Assembly: GCF_028368995.1 (NCBI RefSeq)
Contig: NZ_JAQNDL010000001.1
Location: 96,001 to 160,000 of the forward strand
DNA length: 64,000 nucleotides
Reading direction: 5' to 3'
From: Nannocystis bainbridge
Lineage (GTDB): Bacteria > Myxococcota_A > Polyangia > Nannocystales > Nannocystaceae
The notes beneath the pieces are model-generated. The model had not been told where the DNA came from. It saw only the letters and a list, made by a program, of their open reading frames with translations, and made no database searches. Every line of letters begins with the position of its first letter. The first letter of the stretch is position 1. This document shows, in pieces, positions 46,995 to 59,392 of this stretch. Both the position numbers and the translations under genes were made by a program.

Positions 46995-48848
46995 TCACTC
47001 GCCGCGCCGGAGGCCGTCGACGGGCCGCAGCGCCGCCGCGGCCCGCGCGGGGAGCACGCTGGCCAGCCCTACGAGCACGAGCGCGGCGGCAGCGACGAGC
47101 GCGACCTCCCACGGATCGACGCGCAGCGGCAACGCCTCGAGGGTGAAGGCGTCGCTGCGCAAGGGGATGCCGCGCTCGCTGAACCACGTGCACAGGGCCA
47201 GACCCGCGGCGATCCCACCGACACAACCGACGCCTCCGACGATTATTCCTTCGAAGGCGAAGATTCCGGCGATCAGACGATCGCGGGCCCCCATGGCCTT
47301 CAAGATGGCGATCTCGGCCGACCGCTCCATGACGCTCATCATGTTGGTGGCGAGGATCCCGAAGGCCGCGACGAGGATCACGAAGAGCAGCGCGACGAAC
47401 ATCGCGACCTTCTCGAGGAACATCGCCGAGAACAGGCCGCGGTGGATCTGGCGCCAGTCCTCGACCACGAGCTCGGGGCCGGCGACGGCGATCACGCCGG
47501 CCTTGGCCGCGGCGAGCGCGTCGGGATCGGCGAGGCGAACGGCGATCGAGGTCACCGCGCCCGGGGCCCGCAGGAACGCCTGCGCGTCGGTCAACGGGAC
47601 GTAGGCGTAGTCACGGTCGTCGTCATAGACGCCGGTGGCGTAGACGCCGGCGACGCGGGCCTGCAGGACGCCGGGCACCAGCCCGGCGGGGGTCATGCGG
47701 CCCTCGGGGGTGATGAGTTGCACCGGATCGCCGGGACCGACGCTGAGCTCGGCCGCCAGCTCGATGCCGAGGAGCACGGGCACGGTCCGCGGCTCGTCCG
47801 CCGCCCCGTCGCTCGTGGGCTCGGCGGCCGGAGGCGCCGGGAGCCCGTCGGCGAGCGACGGCTCCGCGTCGGTCGGCGAGGTGTCGACCGGGCGTGCGGG
47901 CGGGATCTTGCCCTCGGCGCGCAGCCGCGGGATCTCCTGCTCCGGGTCCTCCCAGCCGCCGCCGTCGTCCTCTTCGGCCGCGGGCCCCGGCGCGACCACC
48001 GGGTCGCGTGCCGGTGGGATCTTGCCCGCCGCGCGCAGCTGCGGGATCTCCTGCGCCGGATCCTCCCAGCCGCCCGAGTCCTCGACTTCGGCCTCGACCG
48101 CCTCCGGGTGCGCGAGCGCGTCGTCCGGCGCCGGCTCGACCGGTCCTTCGGGACCTGTCCCATCGCCCATGTCCGAAGGGTCATCCTCGGGCATGGCGTC
48201 GAGGACCGGGAACGGGCGCCATGGCAGCTGCGAAGGATCGAGGAAGGCGGCGTAGTCGCCCTCGATGACCTCGTCGGGCAGGCCCGAGGCCGTGGCGTGC
48301 AGGACCGGGTCGACGCCGACCAGGTTGACCCCGGCGCGACCGAAGCCGCTGCGGATCATGATCGGCCCGGCGAGCTCGGGGCTGACGCCGACGACGTCCG
48401 GAACCCCCTGCACGCGAGCCACCAGCGGACCGGGCGTGACGATCTCCGCGCCGGGCGGCGGCGCGATCCGGAGGTGCGCGCGGTGGCCGAGCAAGCGGGT
48501 CTGCAGATCGCCCTCGAGACCGCCCAGCAGACTGAGGACCAGCACCAGCGCGGCGCAGCCCTGGGCCACCGAGTAACCAGTGATCGCAACCAGCAGGGTG
48601 AAGCCGCGGACGGTGGCGGCGAAGCTGAACACGAGCAGGCCGATCGCCGCGGCGAAGCTGCCGACCACGTAGGCGAGATCGCCGTTCGACAGCTCGCCGG
48701 CCTCGCTGGGAGGTTGTCCGAAAGACCAGATGACTGCGCCTGCCCCGGCGGCCACCGGGACGAGCGCCAGGATGGCGATGGTTCGGGTCCAGCGTGGCGC
48801 CCGGCGCGTCCGCAGGTGCCGCCAGGCGACCCGCAGCGACAGGTTCAT
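46995..48848 (-). CDS. LolC/E-family lipoprotein-releasing permease with large periplasmic insertion
   Basis: Start MNLSLRVAWRHL (ATG 48848); LVLSLLGGLE, DWRQIHRGLFSAMFLEK, EIAILKAMGA, RPVDGLR. Confidence 0.9.
   Translation of the reverse strand: MNLSLRVAWRHLRTRRAPRWTRTIAILALVPVAAGAGAVIWSFGQPPSEAGELSNGDLAYVVGSFAAAIGLLVFSFAATVRGFTLLVAITGYSVAQGCAALVLVLSLLGGLEGDLQTRLLGHRAHLRIAPPPGAEIVTPGPLVARVQGVPDVVGVSPELAGPIMIRSGFGRAGVNLVGVDPVLHATASGLPDEVIEGDYAAFLDPSQLPWRPFPVLDAMPEDDPSDMGDGTGPEGPVEPAPDDALAHPEAVEAEVEDSGGWEDPAQEIPQLRAAGKIPPARDPVVAPGPAAEEDDGGGWEDPEQEIPRLRAEGKIPPARPVDTSPTDAEPSLADGLPAPPAAEPTSDGAADEPRTVPVLLGIELAAELSVGPGDPVQLITPEGRMTPAGLVPGVLQARVAGVYATGVYDDDRDYAYVPLTDAQAFLRAPGAVTSIAVRLADPDALAAAKAGVIAVAGPELVVEDWRQIHRGLFSAMFLEKVAMFVALLFVILVAAFGILATNMMSVMERSAEIAILKAMGARDRLIAGIFAFEGIIVGGVGCVGGIAAGLALCTWFSERGIPLRSDAFTLEALPLRVDPWEVALVAAAALVLVGLASVLPARAAAALRPVDGLRRGE
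48137..48188. repeat. 14-bp-period decamer array in the permease insertion
   Basis: Cores at 48140, 48154 (GGACCTGTCC), 48168, 48182. Confidence 0.7.
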
Positions 48849-50884
48849 CGCTCCGCCTGTCGCAGAGCGTCGACCGGGCGCATGCGCGAGGCGATCCGCG
48901 CCGGGTAGAGGCTCGACAGCCAGACGATGACGAGCGACGACACGCCGACCAGCGCGACCTCGAAGCCGTCGATGGCGACCGGCAACTGCTCGAAGCTCTG
49001 CAGCGAGCCGCTGAGCGGCAGGCCGAAGCGATCGAGCAGGCCGCACAAGCCGATGCCGGTGACGATGCCGAGGACACCGCCGAGGATGCCGAGGCACAGG
49101 CCCTCGGAGATGAAGATGCGCTGGATGAGGCTGTCGGTGCAGCCCATCGTCTTGAGGATCGCGATCTCCTTCGACTTCTCGATCACGCTCATCAAGTTGG
49201 AGCCGAGGATGCCGAACGAGGCGACCAGGATCACGCACAGCAGGGCCACGAACACCGCGATCTTCTCGAGCGCCATCGCCGAGAACAGGCTGCGGTTCAG
49301 CTCCTGCCAGTCCTGGACGACGAGGTCGTCGCGGCCGGCGGCGTCGACCGCGTCTTGCACGGCCTGGCGGCGGACGTCGAGCTGCTCGATGTCGTCGACC
49401 TTGACCTCGAGGCCGGTGACGCGGTCGCCGGCGCGCAGGAACGCCTGGGCCACCGGCAGCGAGGCGTACACCAGCCAGCGGTCGTAGTCGTAGTGGTCGG
49501 CGTCGAACACCCCGGCGATCCGCACGGCCATGACTCCGGGGATCCGGCCGGCCGGGGTCATGCGACCGATCGGGGTGATCAGCTGGACCTGATCGCCGGT
49601 GCGCGCCGCCAGCTCCTTGGCCTTCTCGCTGCCGATCAGGAGGCCGTCGACCAGCGCGTCGCGCGAGATCGGCGCCTCGACCTCGGGCTCGACCTCGGGC
49701 TCGGGCTGGCTCGCGCCAGGCGCGGCCGCGGGCGGCAGCTGGCCCTTCGCGCGCAGCTTGCCGATCTCGACCTCCGGATCTTCCCAGCCCTCGTCCGCCT
49801 CGCCGAGCGGGCCGAACGGGCTGCGCGGCATGGTCGGGATCGCCGCGGCCGCCGAGGTCGGCACGCCGATCTTCTTGCTCGTCGCTGGCGGGCTCGGCTC
49901 CGGCTTGGCCGGCGGCAGCGTGCCCGTCTTGCGCAGCGCGGGGATCTCGATCTCGGGGTCCTCCCAGCCGTCGTCGGGGTCGTCGTCGACGGTGCTCGGG
50001 ATGTCCTCGGGGACATGTCCTTCGGCACCTGTCGCATGGGGCAGGGCCGTGGCGCCCTGCCCTTCCTTCGCCTCGCCCTCGTCGGGCGGCACCGGCGCGG
50101 GCGGCTCGACCGGCGTGATCTCGAAGCCGAACTCCGACTCCGGGATCTTCTCCGGCTGCGAGAGGAACGCGTAGTCGCCCTCGCGCATGATGTCGGGCAG
50201 GTTCGACACGCTGCGGTGCAGCTCGGGGTCGATGCCGAGGAGGATGCCGCCCTGGCGCTGGAAGCCGCTGCGGACCATGACTTCGCCCTGCAGGTACGGG
50301 CTGGCGCCGAGGATCCCCGGCTTGTCGGCGATCGCCAGCGCGAGGTCTCGGTAGTCGGCGAACGGCCGCCCGTCGGCCCCGGCGACGCGGATGTGGGCGC
50401 GCTGGCCGAGGATCTTGTCGCGCAGCTCGAGCTCGAGCCCGGTCATCAGGCTGAGCACCACGACCAGGGCCATGCAGCCGAGCATGACGCTGACGGTGAT
50501 GACCGTGGCGAGCAGGGTGAAGATCAGCGACAGCACGGCGCCGAGCAGCAGGCCGGCGCCGAGCAACAGGCTGATCCCGCCGAGCACCCCGAAGTAGGCC
50601 TGCGCCGGCGGCGGGAGGTCGGCGGTCGGATCGAAGCCGAGGCCGACGAGGCTCGAGTCGAGGGCGACGCGCTCGGGCAGGCCGGACTCGAGCGGCGAGA
50701 AGCCGTAGAGGGCGTAGAGCACGAAGCCGCCGCCGACCACGAGCAGATAGAGCGCGAGGCCGACGGCCGGCCAGGCCCACGACGGCGGGCGATCGCCGGC
50801 TCGCAGGTGCCGCCACGCGATCTGCCAGTGGAGGCTCGGGGGAGCCTCCGGCCGGGATGACGCGGCGGGACGAGCGTGGCTCAC
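48845..50884 (-). CDS. LolC/E-family lipoprotein-releasing permease with large periplasmic insertion
   Basis: GTG 50884 overlaps the prfB stop; IAWRHLR, VVLSLMTGLE, DWQELNRSLFSAMALEK, EIAILKTMG. Confidence 0.9.
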   Translation of the reverse strand: MSHARPAASSRPEAPPSLHWQIAWRHLRAGDRPPSWAWPAVGLALYLLVVGGGFVLYALYGFSPLESGLPERVALDSSLVGLGFDPTADLPPPAQAYFGVLGGISLLLGAGLLLGAVLSLIFTLLATVITVSVMLGCMALVVVLSLMTGLELELRDKILGQRAHIRVAGADGRPFADYRDLALAIADKPGILGASPYLQGEVMVRSGFQRQGGILLGIDPELHRSVSNLPDIMREGDYAFLSQPEKIPESEFGFEITPVEPPAPVPPDEGEAKEGQGATALPHATGAEGHVPEDIPSTVDDDPDDGWEDPEIEIPALRKTGTLPPAKPEPSPPATSKKIGVPTSAAAAIPTMPRSPFGPLGEADEGWEDPEVEIGKLRAKGQLPPAAAPGASQPEPEVEPEVEAPISRDALVDGLLIGSEKAKELAARTGDQVQLITPIGRMTPAGRIPGVMAVRIAGVFDADHYDYDRWLVYASLPVAQAFLRAGDRVTGLEVKVDDIEQLDVRRQAVQDAVDAAGRDDLVVQDWQELNRSLFSAMALEKIAVFVALLCVILVASFGILGSNLMSVIEKSKEIAILKTMGCTDSLIQRIFISEGLCLGILGGVLGIVTGIGLCGLLDRFGLPLSGSLQSFEQLPVAIDGFEVALVGVSSLVIVWLSSLYPARIASRMRPVDALRQAER
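49997..50048. repeat. 14-bp-period decamer array in the permease insertion
   Basis: Cores at 50000, 50014 (GGACATGTCC), 50028, 50042. Confidence 0.75.
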
Positions 50885-52030
50885 GACGACGCTTCCGCGG
50901 ACGACTGCGACTGTTGCAGGAGGTAGGCCTCGATGAACTCGTCGAGGTCGCCGTCGAGGACCGCGTTGACCGCCGAGCTCTTGATCTCGGTGCGGTGATC
51001 GTTGACCTGCTGGTACGGCTGCAGCACGTACGAGCGGATCTGGCTGCCCCACTCGATCTTCTTGCGCTCGCCCTGGAGGGCGTCGCGCTCGGCATCGCGG
51101 CGCTGCTGCTCGAGGTCCCACAGCTTGGCCTTGAGCACGCGCATCGCCGTGGCCTTGTTCTTGTGCTGCGAGCGCTCGACCTGGCAGGCGACGACGATGC
51201 CGGACGGCAAGTGGCGCAGGCGCACCGCCGAGTCGGTCTTGTTGACGTGCTGACCGCCGGCGCCGCTCGAGCGGAAGGTGTCGACCTCGAGGTCGGCCTC
51301 GTTGACCTCGATGTCGATGTCGTCGTCGCCGAGGTCGGGCAGCGTCATCACGCTGGCGAAGCTGGTCTGCCGGCGCGCGTTGGCGTCGAACGGCGAGATC
51401 CGGACCAGCCGGTGCACGCCGATCTCCGAGCGCAGGTAGCCGTAGGCGAACTCGCCGGTGATCTCGATCTCGGCGCTGCGGATGCCCGCCTGCTCGGCGT
51501 CCTGGACGTCGAGCACCTCGACCTTGAAGCCGTGCCGCTCGCCCCAGCGCATGTACATGCGCATGAGCATCTGCGCCCAGTCCTGACTGTCGACCCCGCC
51601 GGCGCCGGCGTTGATGGTGACGAGCGCGCCCTTTTCGTCGTGCGCGCCCGACAACATGCGGCGAAACTCCATCTTGCCGACGCGCGCGTCGAGCGACTCG
51701 AGCGCCGACCAGGCGTCGCGGATGCTGGCGTCGTCGCCCTCTTCACGCCCGAGCTCGTACAGCGTCTGGGCGTCGTCGTAGCGGCTCTGGGCCTCGTCGA
51801 GGTCGGAGAGGATCTTCTTCAGCGTCGACTGCTCGCGCAGGACGTCCTGGGCGCGATCGTTGTTGCCCCAAAACGCCGGATCGACGGTCTGCGCGTCGAG
51901 CTCTTCCAACTTCTCGCGTTTGCCATCGTAGTCAAAGATGCCTCCGGAGCTCGTTCAGGCGGTGAGCGAGGCGGGCGAGCTGCTCGGTGACCTTATTGTG
52001 CTCGGGGAGGATGTGGGCGGCGTCGTTCAT
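50881..52030 (-). CDS. prfB: peptide chain release factor 2, programmed +1 frameshift at CTT TGA C (51937-51931)
   Basis: ATG 52030 in frame to CGG AGG CAT CTT TGA C with internal SD GGAGG; downstream SPF and GGQ motifs. Confidence 0.97.
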
Positions 52031-52043
52031 GGTGCACCAGTGC

Positions 52044-53432
<1,389 letters not shown>

Positions 53433-53518
53433 GCCGCGCGAAGCCTAGCAGTCGGCACGCAAGGGGGCCGGGCGCCGCCGCCGCCGAGACCGTGAGACGA
53501 CGCGCGGACAGGTGCTCG

Positions 53519-53884
53519 CTACCCGGCGACGGCCCGGGTGACCAACATCTGCAGCAAGGTCAAAGCGATCGCCGCCCACAGCGCCGTGCGCCAGCGGACG
53601 AACCGCACCCCGTCGACCAGGTTCTCGGTGATGACGAGCAGGATCGTGTTGACGAACGCCTGCACGAGGAAGGCGCCGATCGGACCGCTGATCAGGATCG
53701 GGAAGAAGAACACCAGCGACAGCAAGAAGAACAGCAGCTTGCCGAGCACGACGCTGAGGAGGCCGCAGATCACGGCCGCTTTGAAGGCGCTCCACAGGTC
53801 TCGCACCATCATGCCCGGCAGGAGCGCCGAGCAGACGATCAGGCCGAAGGTGAACGCGAGGCAGGAAGCGACGAGGGACGTCAT
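53519..53884 (-). CDS. 4-TM phage holin superfamily IV (YvlD-like) membrane protein
   Basis: Four hydrophobic helices with family-typical pattern (LPGM...SAFKAA...VNTILL...VDG..F..W.TALWAAI). Confidence 0.7.
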   Translation of the reverse strand: MTSLVASCLAFTFGLIVCSALLPGMMVRDLWSAFKAAVICGLLSVVLGKLLFFLLSLVFFFPILISGPIGAFLVQAFVNTILLVITENLVDGVRFVRWRTALWAAIALTLLQMLVTRAVAG

Positions 53885-54005
53885 CGCCGCCAGCGTGACC
53901 CGCCCGCCCGCGCTTTGCAAGCGAGTGCCGCGACCGGGCGAACTCAGCGGTCATGCCGGCCGCCCTCCCCTGCCCCGCAGCCGCGATGCGAGACGAGGAC
54001 CCGCG

Positions 54006-54998
54006 CTAGCGCGGCGGCAGGCCGAGGTTCCGCCGCAGCCGCGCGACCGGCGGCTCGAGATCCGGCTCGAAGCGGCGCCCGGTGATGAGCTCGTGGACCT
54101 CGATGTAGCGCCGCGCCGCCTCGGCGCGGACCTCGTCAGGCAGGACGGGCGGCGGCCCCTCGCCGCGAAAGCCCTGCGAGACCAGCCAGCGCCGCAGGTA
54201 CTCCTTGTCGAGGCTGCGCGGATCGTCGCCGCGCGCCATCGCCTCGGCGTAGCTGTCGGCGTACCAGTAACGCGAGCTGTCGGGCGTGTGGATCTCGTCG
54301 ATCAGCACGACCTCGCCGTCGGGCCGCACGCCGAGCTCGTACTTGGTGTCGACGAGGATGAGCCCGCGCTCGGCGGCGATCTTCTGCCCGGCCTCGAACA
54401 GGGTCAGGCAGCGCCGCTCGAGCTCGTCGTAACGCTCGCGCTCGATGAGGCCGCGCTCGACCAGCCAGTCGCGGCTGACGCTGATGTCGTGTTGACCCTT
54501 GGGCGCCTTGGTCGAGGGGGTCAGCAAGCTGCGCGGCAGCTTCTCGTGGCGCCGCAGTCCCTCGGGCAAGGCGTGCCCGCAGAAGGTCCGCTCGCCGCGC
54601 TCGTAAGCCCGGGCGATGCTGGTGTCGCTGACGCCGGTGAGGTAGCCGCGGACCACGAACTCGACGGGGATCGGCGCACACTCGATGGCCCGCATGGCCT
54701 GAGGGTCAGGTACGCCGAGCATGTGGTTGGGGAAGATCGCGGCGGTGGCGTCGAACCAGAAGCGCGCGAGTCCGTTGAGCACCTGACCCTTGAACGGGAT
54801 GGTGCCGAGCACGACGTCGAAGGCGCTGACGCGATCGGTGACGAGGATCAGCCGCTCGCCGCCGCGCGTGAAGTTCTCGCGGACCTTGCCGCTGTAGCGC
54901 GCGCCGAGGACTTCGAATTCGTCCGGCAACGCGTCGAGGGTGCCGCCCGCCGCCAGCGCGCGCCGCATCTCGGGGGACGTCGAATCGGTGACCGCCAT
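54006..54998 (-). CDS. purC: SAICAR synthase
   Basis: [57 protein letters not shown]. Confidence 0.96.
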   Translation of the reverse strand: MAVTDSTSPEMRRALAAGGTLDALPDEFEVLGARYSGKVRENFTRGGERLILVTDRVSAFDVVLGTIPFKGQVLNGLARFWFDATAAIFPNHMLGVPDPQAMRAIECAPIPVEFVVRGYLTGVSDTSIARAYERGERTFCGHALPEGLRRHEKLPRSLLTPSTKAPKGQHDISVSRDWLVERGLIERERYDELERRCLTLFEAGQKIAAERGLILVDTKYELGVRPDGEVVLIDEIHTPDSSRYWYADSYAEAMARGDDPRSLDKEYLRRWLVSQGFRGEGPPPVLPDEVRAEAARRYIEVHELITGRRFEPDLEPPVARLRRNLGLPPR

Positions 54999-55041
54999 GC
55001 GGCGCGGACCATACCCGGACCACGCCGCGCGGGGGGCGCGC

Positions 55042-56631
55042 TCAGGTGAACGCCCACGCCAGGGCGACGGCGACCAGCAGCGCGACGATCACCAGCCAGA
55101 AGCTCGTGTCGTTGCGCCGCGCGAGCATCTCCGGCGGGCGGGCGGTGAGCGAGGTGCCGGCCGTCGGCGCGTGGCTCTCGATGGCCTTCGGCGCCCTCGT
55201 CTCGAGGAGCGGCGCGGGTGACACCGGCGCCATCGGCGACAGCGTCGGCGCCGCGACCGGAGCCACGGGCGCCTCGACTTCACGCTCGCGCACGTCGGAG
55301 CGAGCCGCGGCCGGGTTGGTGTCGCCGCCGCTGGGCTCGACGAGGATGTCGGGCCGCGAGGGCGAGGGCGAACCGCGGCGGACGATGCTGTCCTCGGTGA
55401 GGACGTGGACGCGGCGCAGGCCGCTGTTCGAGCGCCCCGACGGATCTTGCGGGTTGGCGAAGCCACCGGCGCTGGCCGCCGCGAACGAGCCGGCGGGGAT
55501 CGAGCTCGAGCGCAGCGCCTGCACGGTGTTGGGCCGGATCGAGCCCTCGCCGAACAGCAGGTCTTCGAGGCCCATCACCGGCGGCTCGACCGGCGCCGAG
55601 GCGGTGACCTTGGGTGCCTCTCTGACCGGAAGGCCAGGTACCGAAGGACCTGTTGGAACGGACAGGGTCTCGAGGACAGGTGGCACCGCGGCCGAGGACG
55701 AGGCGGTCGGCGGGATCGCCAGCGACGGCGCCGACACCTCGCCGGCGGACTTGGCGACGCGCGGCGGCGGTGGCGGCGGCGAGGCCGGCGTGAGGTCGAG
55801 GATCGGCTCGGGCGCGGCCTCGACGGCGCCGGCGAGCGACTCGAGGCGACGCACCAGCTCGGCGCCGTCCCGCGGGCGCGCGGCGGGGTCGCTGTGCAGG
55901 CTGGCGCCGATCAGCGCCCACAGCCCGGCTTGCAGCCCCGGCGGTTCGGCGGCGCGCAGAGCCGCTGCGCCGCGCAGACCGGTGGCGAACTCGGCGAGCG
56001 CGACGCCCCACGCGTAGGTGTCGGAGGTCGGGGTGAAGCCGCCGCCGCCGAGCAGCTCGGGCGCGAGGATCGCTTGATCGACGCTGCTCCACCGCCGCTC
56101 GAGCTCGGCGCGGGCGCATAGCGGAGCGAAGCCGTGCTGGAACGCAGCCGGACCGCCCGGTCCGACGAACACGGCCTCGCCGGCGAGCATGCCGTGGACG
56201 CGGCCACGACCGTGCAAGGTCGCCAGGGCGCGCGCGAGCTGCCGCGCGAGCCGCTGCAGCTCGTTGGCGAGGTCGGACGAGCGCGGGCCGTCGTCCATGT
56301 CGCGCAACGCGAAGGCGCCCTGCAGCGGGTCGTAACAGACGACCACGCGCTCGCCGTCCTGACCCACGAACACCTGAGGCACGAGCGCCGAGTCCTGCAG
56401 CTCGCCGAGCTCGCCGAGCTCGCGCACGAACGCGGCCCGGGCCTCGGGCGTGGGCAACAGCGAGGCGTCGAGGACACAGGCGCGCGCAGGCTCGCCGGTG
56501 TGGGTGTCGAGGACCGCGAGCGTGGGGCCGAACAGCTGCACTCCCGTGTTGGCCGGCTCTTCGCGCATCAGCTCGAAGCGGCCGCACAGCGTGGTGTGCT
56601 CCTCGTGCGAAGTGCCGGCGCTCAACTCCAT
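55042..56631 (-). CDS. Ser/Thr kinase-like pseudokinase with Pro-rich linker and C-terminal TM helix
   Basis: C-lobe motifs LAPEL, SDTYAWG, DPAARP retained; HRD, DFG and VAIK replaced. Confidence 0.75.
   Translation of the reverse strand: MELSAGTSHEEHTTLCGRFELMREEPANTGVQLFGPTLAVLDTHTGEPARACVLDASLLPTPEARAAFVRELGELGELQDSALVPQVFVGQDGERVVVCYDPLQGAFALRDMDDGPRSSDLANELQRLARQLARALATLHGRGRVHGMLAGEAVFVGPGGPAAFQHGFAPLCARAELERRWSSVDQAILAPELLGGGGFTPTSDTYAWGVALAEFATGLRGAAALRAAEPPGLQAGLWALIGASLHSDPAARPRDGAELVRRLESLAGAVEAAPEPILDLTPASPPPPPPRVAKSAGEVSAPSLAIPPTASSSAAVPPVLETLSVPTGPSVPGLPVREAPKVTASAPVEPPVMGLEDLLFGEGSIRPNTVQALRSSSIPAGSFAAASAGGFANPQDPSGRSNSGLRRVHVLTEDSIVRRGSPSPSRPDILVEPSGGDTNPAAARSDVREREVEAPVAPVAAPTLSPMAPVSPAPLLETRAPKAIESHAPTAGTSLTARPPEMLARRNDTSFWLVIVALLVAVALAWAFT
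55632..55683. repeat. 14-bp-period decamer array in the pseudokinase linker
   Basis: Cores at 55635, 55649, 55663, 55677. Confidence 0.7.
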
Positions 56632-56646
56632 GAGACGCTCCCGCGG

Positions 56647-57099
56647 CTAAACGCCGGTGCTTCCGAAGCCACCATCACCACGTGCGGCAGCCGGGAGGTG
56701 CTGGACCTCGACGACCGCAGGGAAGACGACAGGGGCGACCACGAGCTGAGCGATCCGCTCGCCGTGCGCGACGACGAACGGCGCGGCCCCGAGATTGACG
56801 AGGATGACCTTGAGCTCCCCACGATAGTCGGCGTCGATTGTACCTGGTGCGTTCACGATCGAGAGCCCGTGCCGCAGGGCCAGGCCCGATCGCGGACGCA
56901 CCTGACCCTCGTGGCCGCCGGGAATAGCGACGGCGACGCCCGTGGGAATTAAACGACGTTCCCCGGGCGCCAATTCGACAGGCCCGTCGGGCAGACAGGC
57001 CGCCAGGTCCATCCCGGCCGCCTCGGCGCTCATGCGCCGCGGCAGCTCGGCCTGGGTGTGGACCTTGCGGACCAGCAGCGTCGGCTCGACGTGCGACAT
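56647..57099 (-). CDS. dut: dUTP diphosphatase
   Basis: [40 protein letters not shown]. Confidence 0.97.
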   Translation of the reverse strand: MSHVEPTLLVRKVHTQAELPRRMSAEAAGMDLAACLPDGPVELAPGERRLIPTGVAVAIPGGHEGQVRPRSGLALRHGLSIVNAPGTIDADYRGELKVILVNLGAAPFVVAHGERIAQLVVAPVVFPAVVEVQHLPAAARGDGGFGSTGV

Positions 57100-57103
57100 C
57101 ACC

Positions 57104-59209
57104 TCACCCTCGCAGGTTCTGGACCTCGGAGGGGTCGACCCCGAAGGCGGCGCGGCGGCTGAGGCGGATCTTGCCGGTGGGATCGACATTGATCACCTTC
57201 ACCACGACCTCGTCGCCCTCCTGGACCACGTCGGTCACGCGATCGACGCGCCGGTCCTCGAGCTCCGAGATGTGGACCAGACCGTCGGTGCCCGGGAGGA
57301 TCTCGACGAACGCGCCGAAGTCGACGATCCGCTTGACCACCCCGTGGTAGGTCGCGCCCACCTCGGGCTCGGCGATGAGACCCTCGATGAGCCGCTTGGC
57401 CCGCTCGATCTGGGCGATGTCGTTGCTGGCGATCGCGATCCGCCCCGAGTCCTCGATGTTGATGACGCAGCCGGTCTGCTCGATGATCGCGCGGATCGTC
57501 TTGCCGCCGGGCCCGATGACCTCGCGGATCTTGTCGACCTTGACCTGCATCGTGACGATGCGCGGCGCGTACTTGCTGATGTCGGCGCGCGGCTCGGCGA
57601 GCACCTCGAGCATCTTGCCGAGGATGTGCAGCCGGCTCTCGCGCGCCTGGTCGAGCGCGGCCTCGAGGATCTGGCGGGTCAGGCCCTCGATCTTGATGTC
57701 CATCTGCAGCGCGGTGATGCCGGTCTTGGTGCCGGTCACCTTGAAGTCCATGTCGCCGAGGTGATCCTCGTCGCCAAGGATGTCGGAGAGGATGGCGATC
57801 TCGCCGCCCTCCTGCATCAGGCCCATGGCGACGCCGGCGACCGGCGCCTTGATCGGCACGCCGGCGTCCATCATCGCCAGGCAGCCGCCGCACACCGCCG
57901 CCATCGACGACGAGCCGTTCGACTCGAGCGTCTCGCTGACGATGCGGATCGTGTACGGGAACTTCTCCTGCGCCGGCAGGATGTACTTCAACGCCCGCTC
58001 GGCCAGCGCGCCGTGGCCGACCTCGCGCCGCGACGTGCCGCGCACCGGCTTGGCCTCGCCCGTGCAGAACGGGAGGAAGTTGTAGTGCAGCATGAAGTTG
58101 CGGGTGACGTCGCCGCGGATGGTGTCGAGCCGCTGGGCGTCGCTCTCGGTGCCGAGAGTGACGGTGGCCAGCGCCTGCGTCTCACCGCGCTGGAACAGCG
58201 CCGAGCCGTGCGGCCGCGGGAACGGGTGGGTCTCGATGTAGATCGGACGCACGTCGCGGGTGCCGCGGCCGTCGAGCCGGCGGCCCTCCTTGATCACGCG
58301 GCTGCGCACGACCTTCTTCTCGAGCTTGCCGAGCGCAGCGTGCACCTCGCCGACCCGCTCCGGGTGGCTGGCGGCGAAGCGCTCGAGCACCGTCTTGCTG
58401 GCGGCCGCGAGCGCGTCGCGGCGCTCGTGCTTGCCGGTGATGGCGAACGCGGCCCGCACGTCGGCGTCGGCCGCGGCCATCACCTCGGCGCGGAAAGCCT
58501 CGTCGACAGCCGGATCGACGTGCACGCGCTTGGTCTTGCCGGCGCGCTCACGCAGGCGCTCCTGCGCGGCCAGCAGCGGCTGCGCCGACTCCTGGGCGAA
58601 CATGAGGGCGTCGATCATGTCCTTCTCGAGGATCTGATCGCCGCCGCCCTCGACCATCACGATCGCGTCGCGGCTGGCCGCGACCACGAGCACGATGTCG
58701 GCGACCTTCATCTGGTCCCACGAGGGGAACGCGACCATCTTGCCCTGCACCCGCGCGACGCGGATGCCGACGATCGGGCCGGCCCACGGCGCGTCGCTGA
58801 TGTGCAGCGCCGCCGAAGCGCCGGTGATCGCCAGGACGTCGGGCTCGTGCACCTTGTCGTGCGACAGCACGGTGGCGATGATCTGGGTGTCGCTGCGATA
58901 GCTCTTGGGGAACAGCGGCCGGATCGGACGATCGATGAAGCGGCAGGTCAGCGTCTCCCACTCGGTGGGACGCGCCTCGCGCTTGAAATAACCGCCCGGG
59001 ATCTTGCCGGCGGAGGCGGGGTACTCGCGGTACTCGCAGGTGAGCGGGAGGAAGGGCAGATCCTTCGGCTCCCTGCTGCTGACCGCCGTGACGAGCACGG
59101 CTGTCTCGCCGCAGCGCACGACGACGGCGCTGGACTGCTTGGCGAGCTTGCCGGTCTCGATGCTGATCTCGACCTCGCCGATGCGGCAGGTCTCTGTGAT
59201 GACGTTCAT
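57104..59209 (-). CDS. pnp: polyribonucleotide nucleotidyltransferase
   Basis: [52 protein letters not shown] and S1 domains. Confidence 0.98.
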   Translation of the reverse strand: MNVITETCRIGEVEISIETGKLAKQSSAVVVRCGETAVLVTAVSSREPKDLPFLPLTCEYREYPASAGKIPGGYFKREARPTEWETLTCRFIDRPIRPLFPKSYRSDTQIIATVLSHDKVHEPDVLAITGASAALHISDAPWAGPIVGIRVARVQGKMVAFPSWDQMKVADIVLVVAASRDAIVMVEGGGDQILEKDMIDALMFAQESAQPLLAAQERLRERAGKTKRVHVDPAVDEAFRAEVMAAADADVRAAFAITGKHERRDALAAASKTVLERFAASHPERVGEVHAALGKLEKKVVRSRVIKEGRRLDGRGTRDVRPIYIETHPFPRPHGSALFQRGETQALATVTLGTESDAQRLDTIRGDVTRNFMLHYNFLPFCTGEAKPVRGTSRREVGHGALAERALKYILPAQEKFPYTIRIVSETLESNGSSSMAAVCGGCLAMMDAGVPIKAPVAGVAMGLMQEGGEIAILSDILGDEDHLGDMDFKVTGTKTGITALQMDIKIEGLTRQILEAALDQARESRLHILGKMLEVLAEPRADISKYAPRIVTMQVKVDKIREVIGPGGKTIRAIIEQTGCVINIEDSGRIAIASNDIAQIERAKRLIEGLIAEPEVGATYHGVVKRIVDFGAFVEILPGTDGLVHISELEDRRVDRVTDVVQEGDEVVVKVINVDPTGKIRLSRRAAFGVDPSEVQNLRG

Positions 59210-59356
59210 GGGGGGAAACTTTCCGCCGCGGGGACAAAAATCTTCGTGGTCCTGCCCGATCGGGCGTCGGACCGCATGCGCCCGCGCCGGCGTGCCGGCA
59301 CGTTCCCACGGCCGATCAGCGCGGCTGACCTACGCGGGCGCCAGAGGCCACAAAAG

Positions 59357-59384
59357 CGAAAAGGGGGAACACGTCCCCCTTTCG
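59357..59384 (-). terminator. terminator/processing hairpin between rpsO and pnp
   Basis: GCGAAA(A)GGGGGA/TCCCCCTTTCGC stem followed by TTTT on the minus strand. Confidence 0.7.
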
Positions 59385-59392
59385 CCCCGGCC

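Noticed and set aside
46995-51095. 1366-aa ORF suggesting a giant or fused permease
   Set aside because: The upstream part is an off-frame Arg-rich read of the neighbouring gene; the real gene starts at 48848 with ATGA overlap.
53519-53884. Prophage suggested by a holin-family gene
   Set aside because: No other phage genes; this family is commonly chromosomal and here lies between purC and purF.
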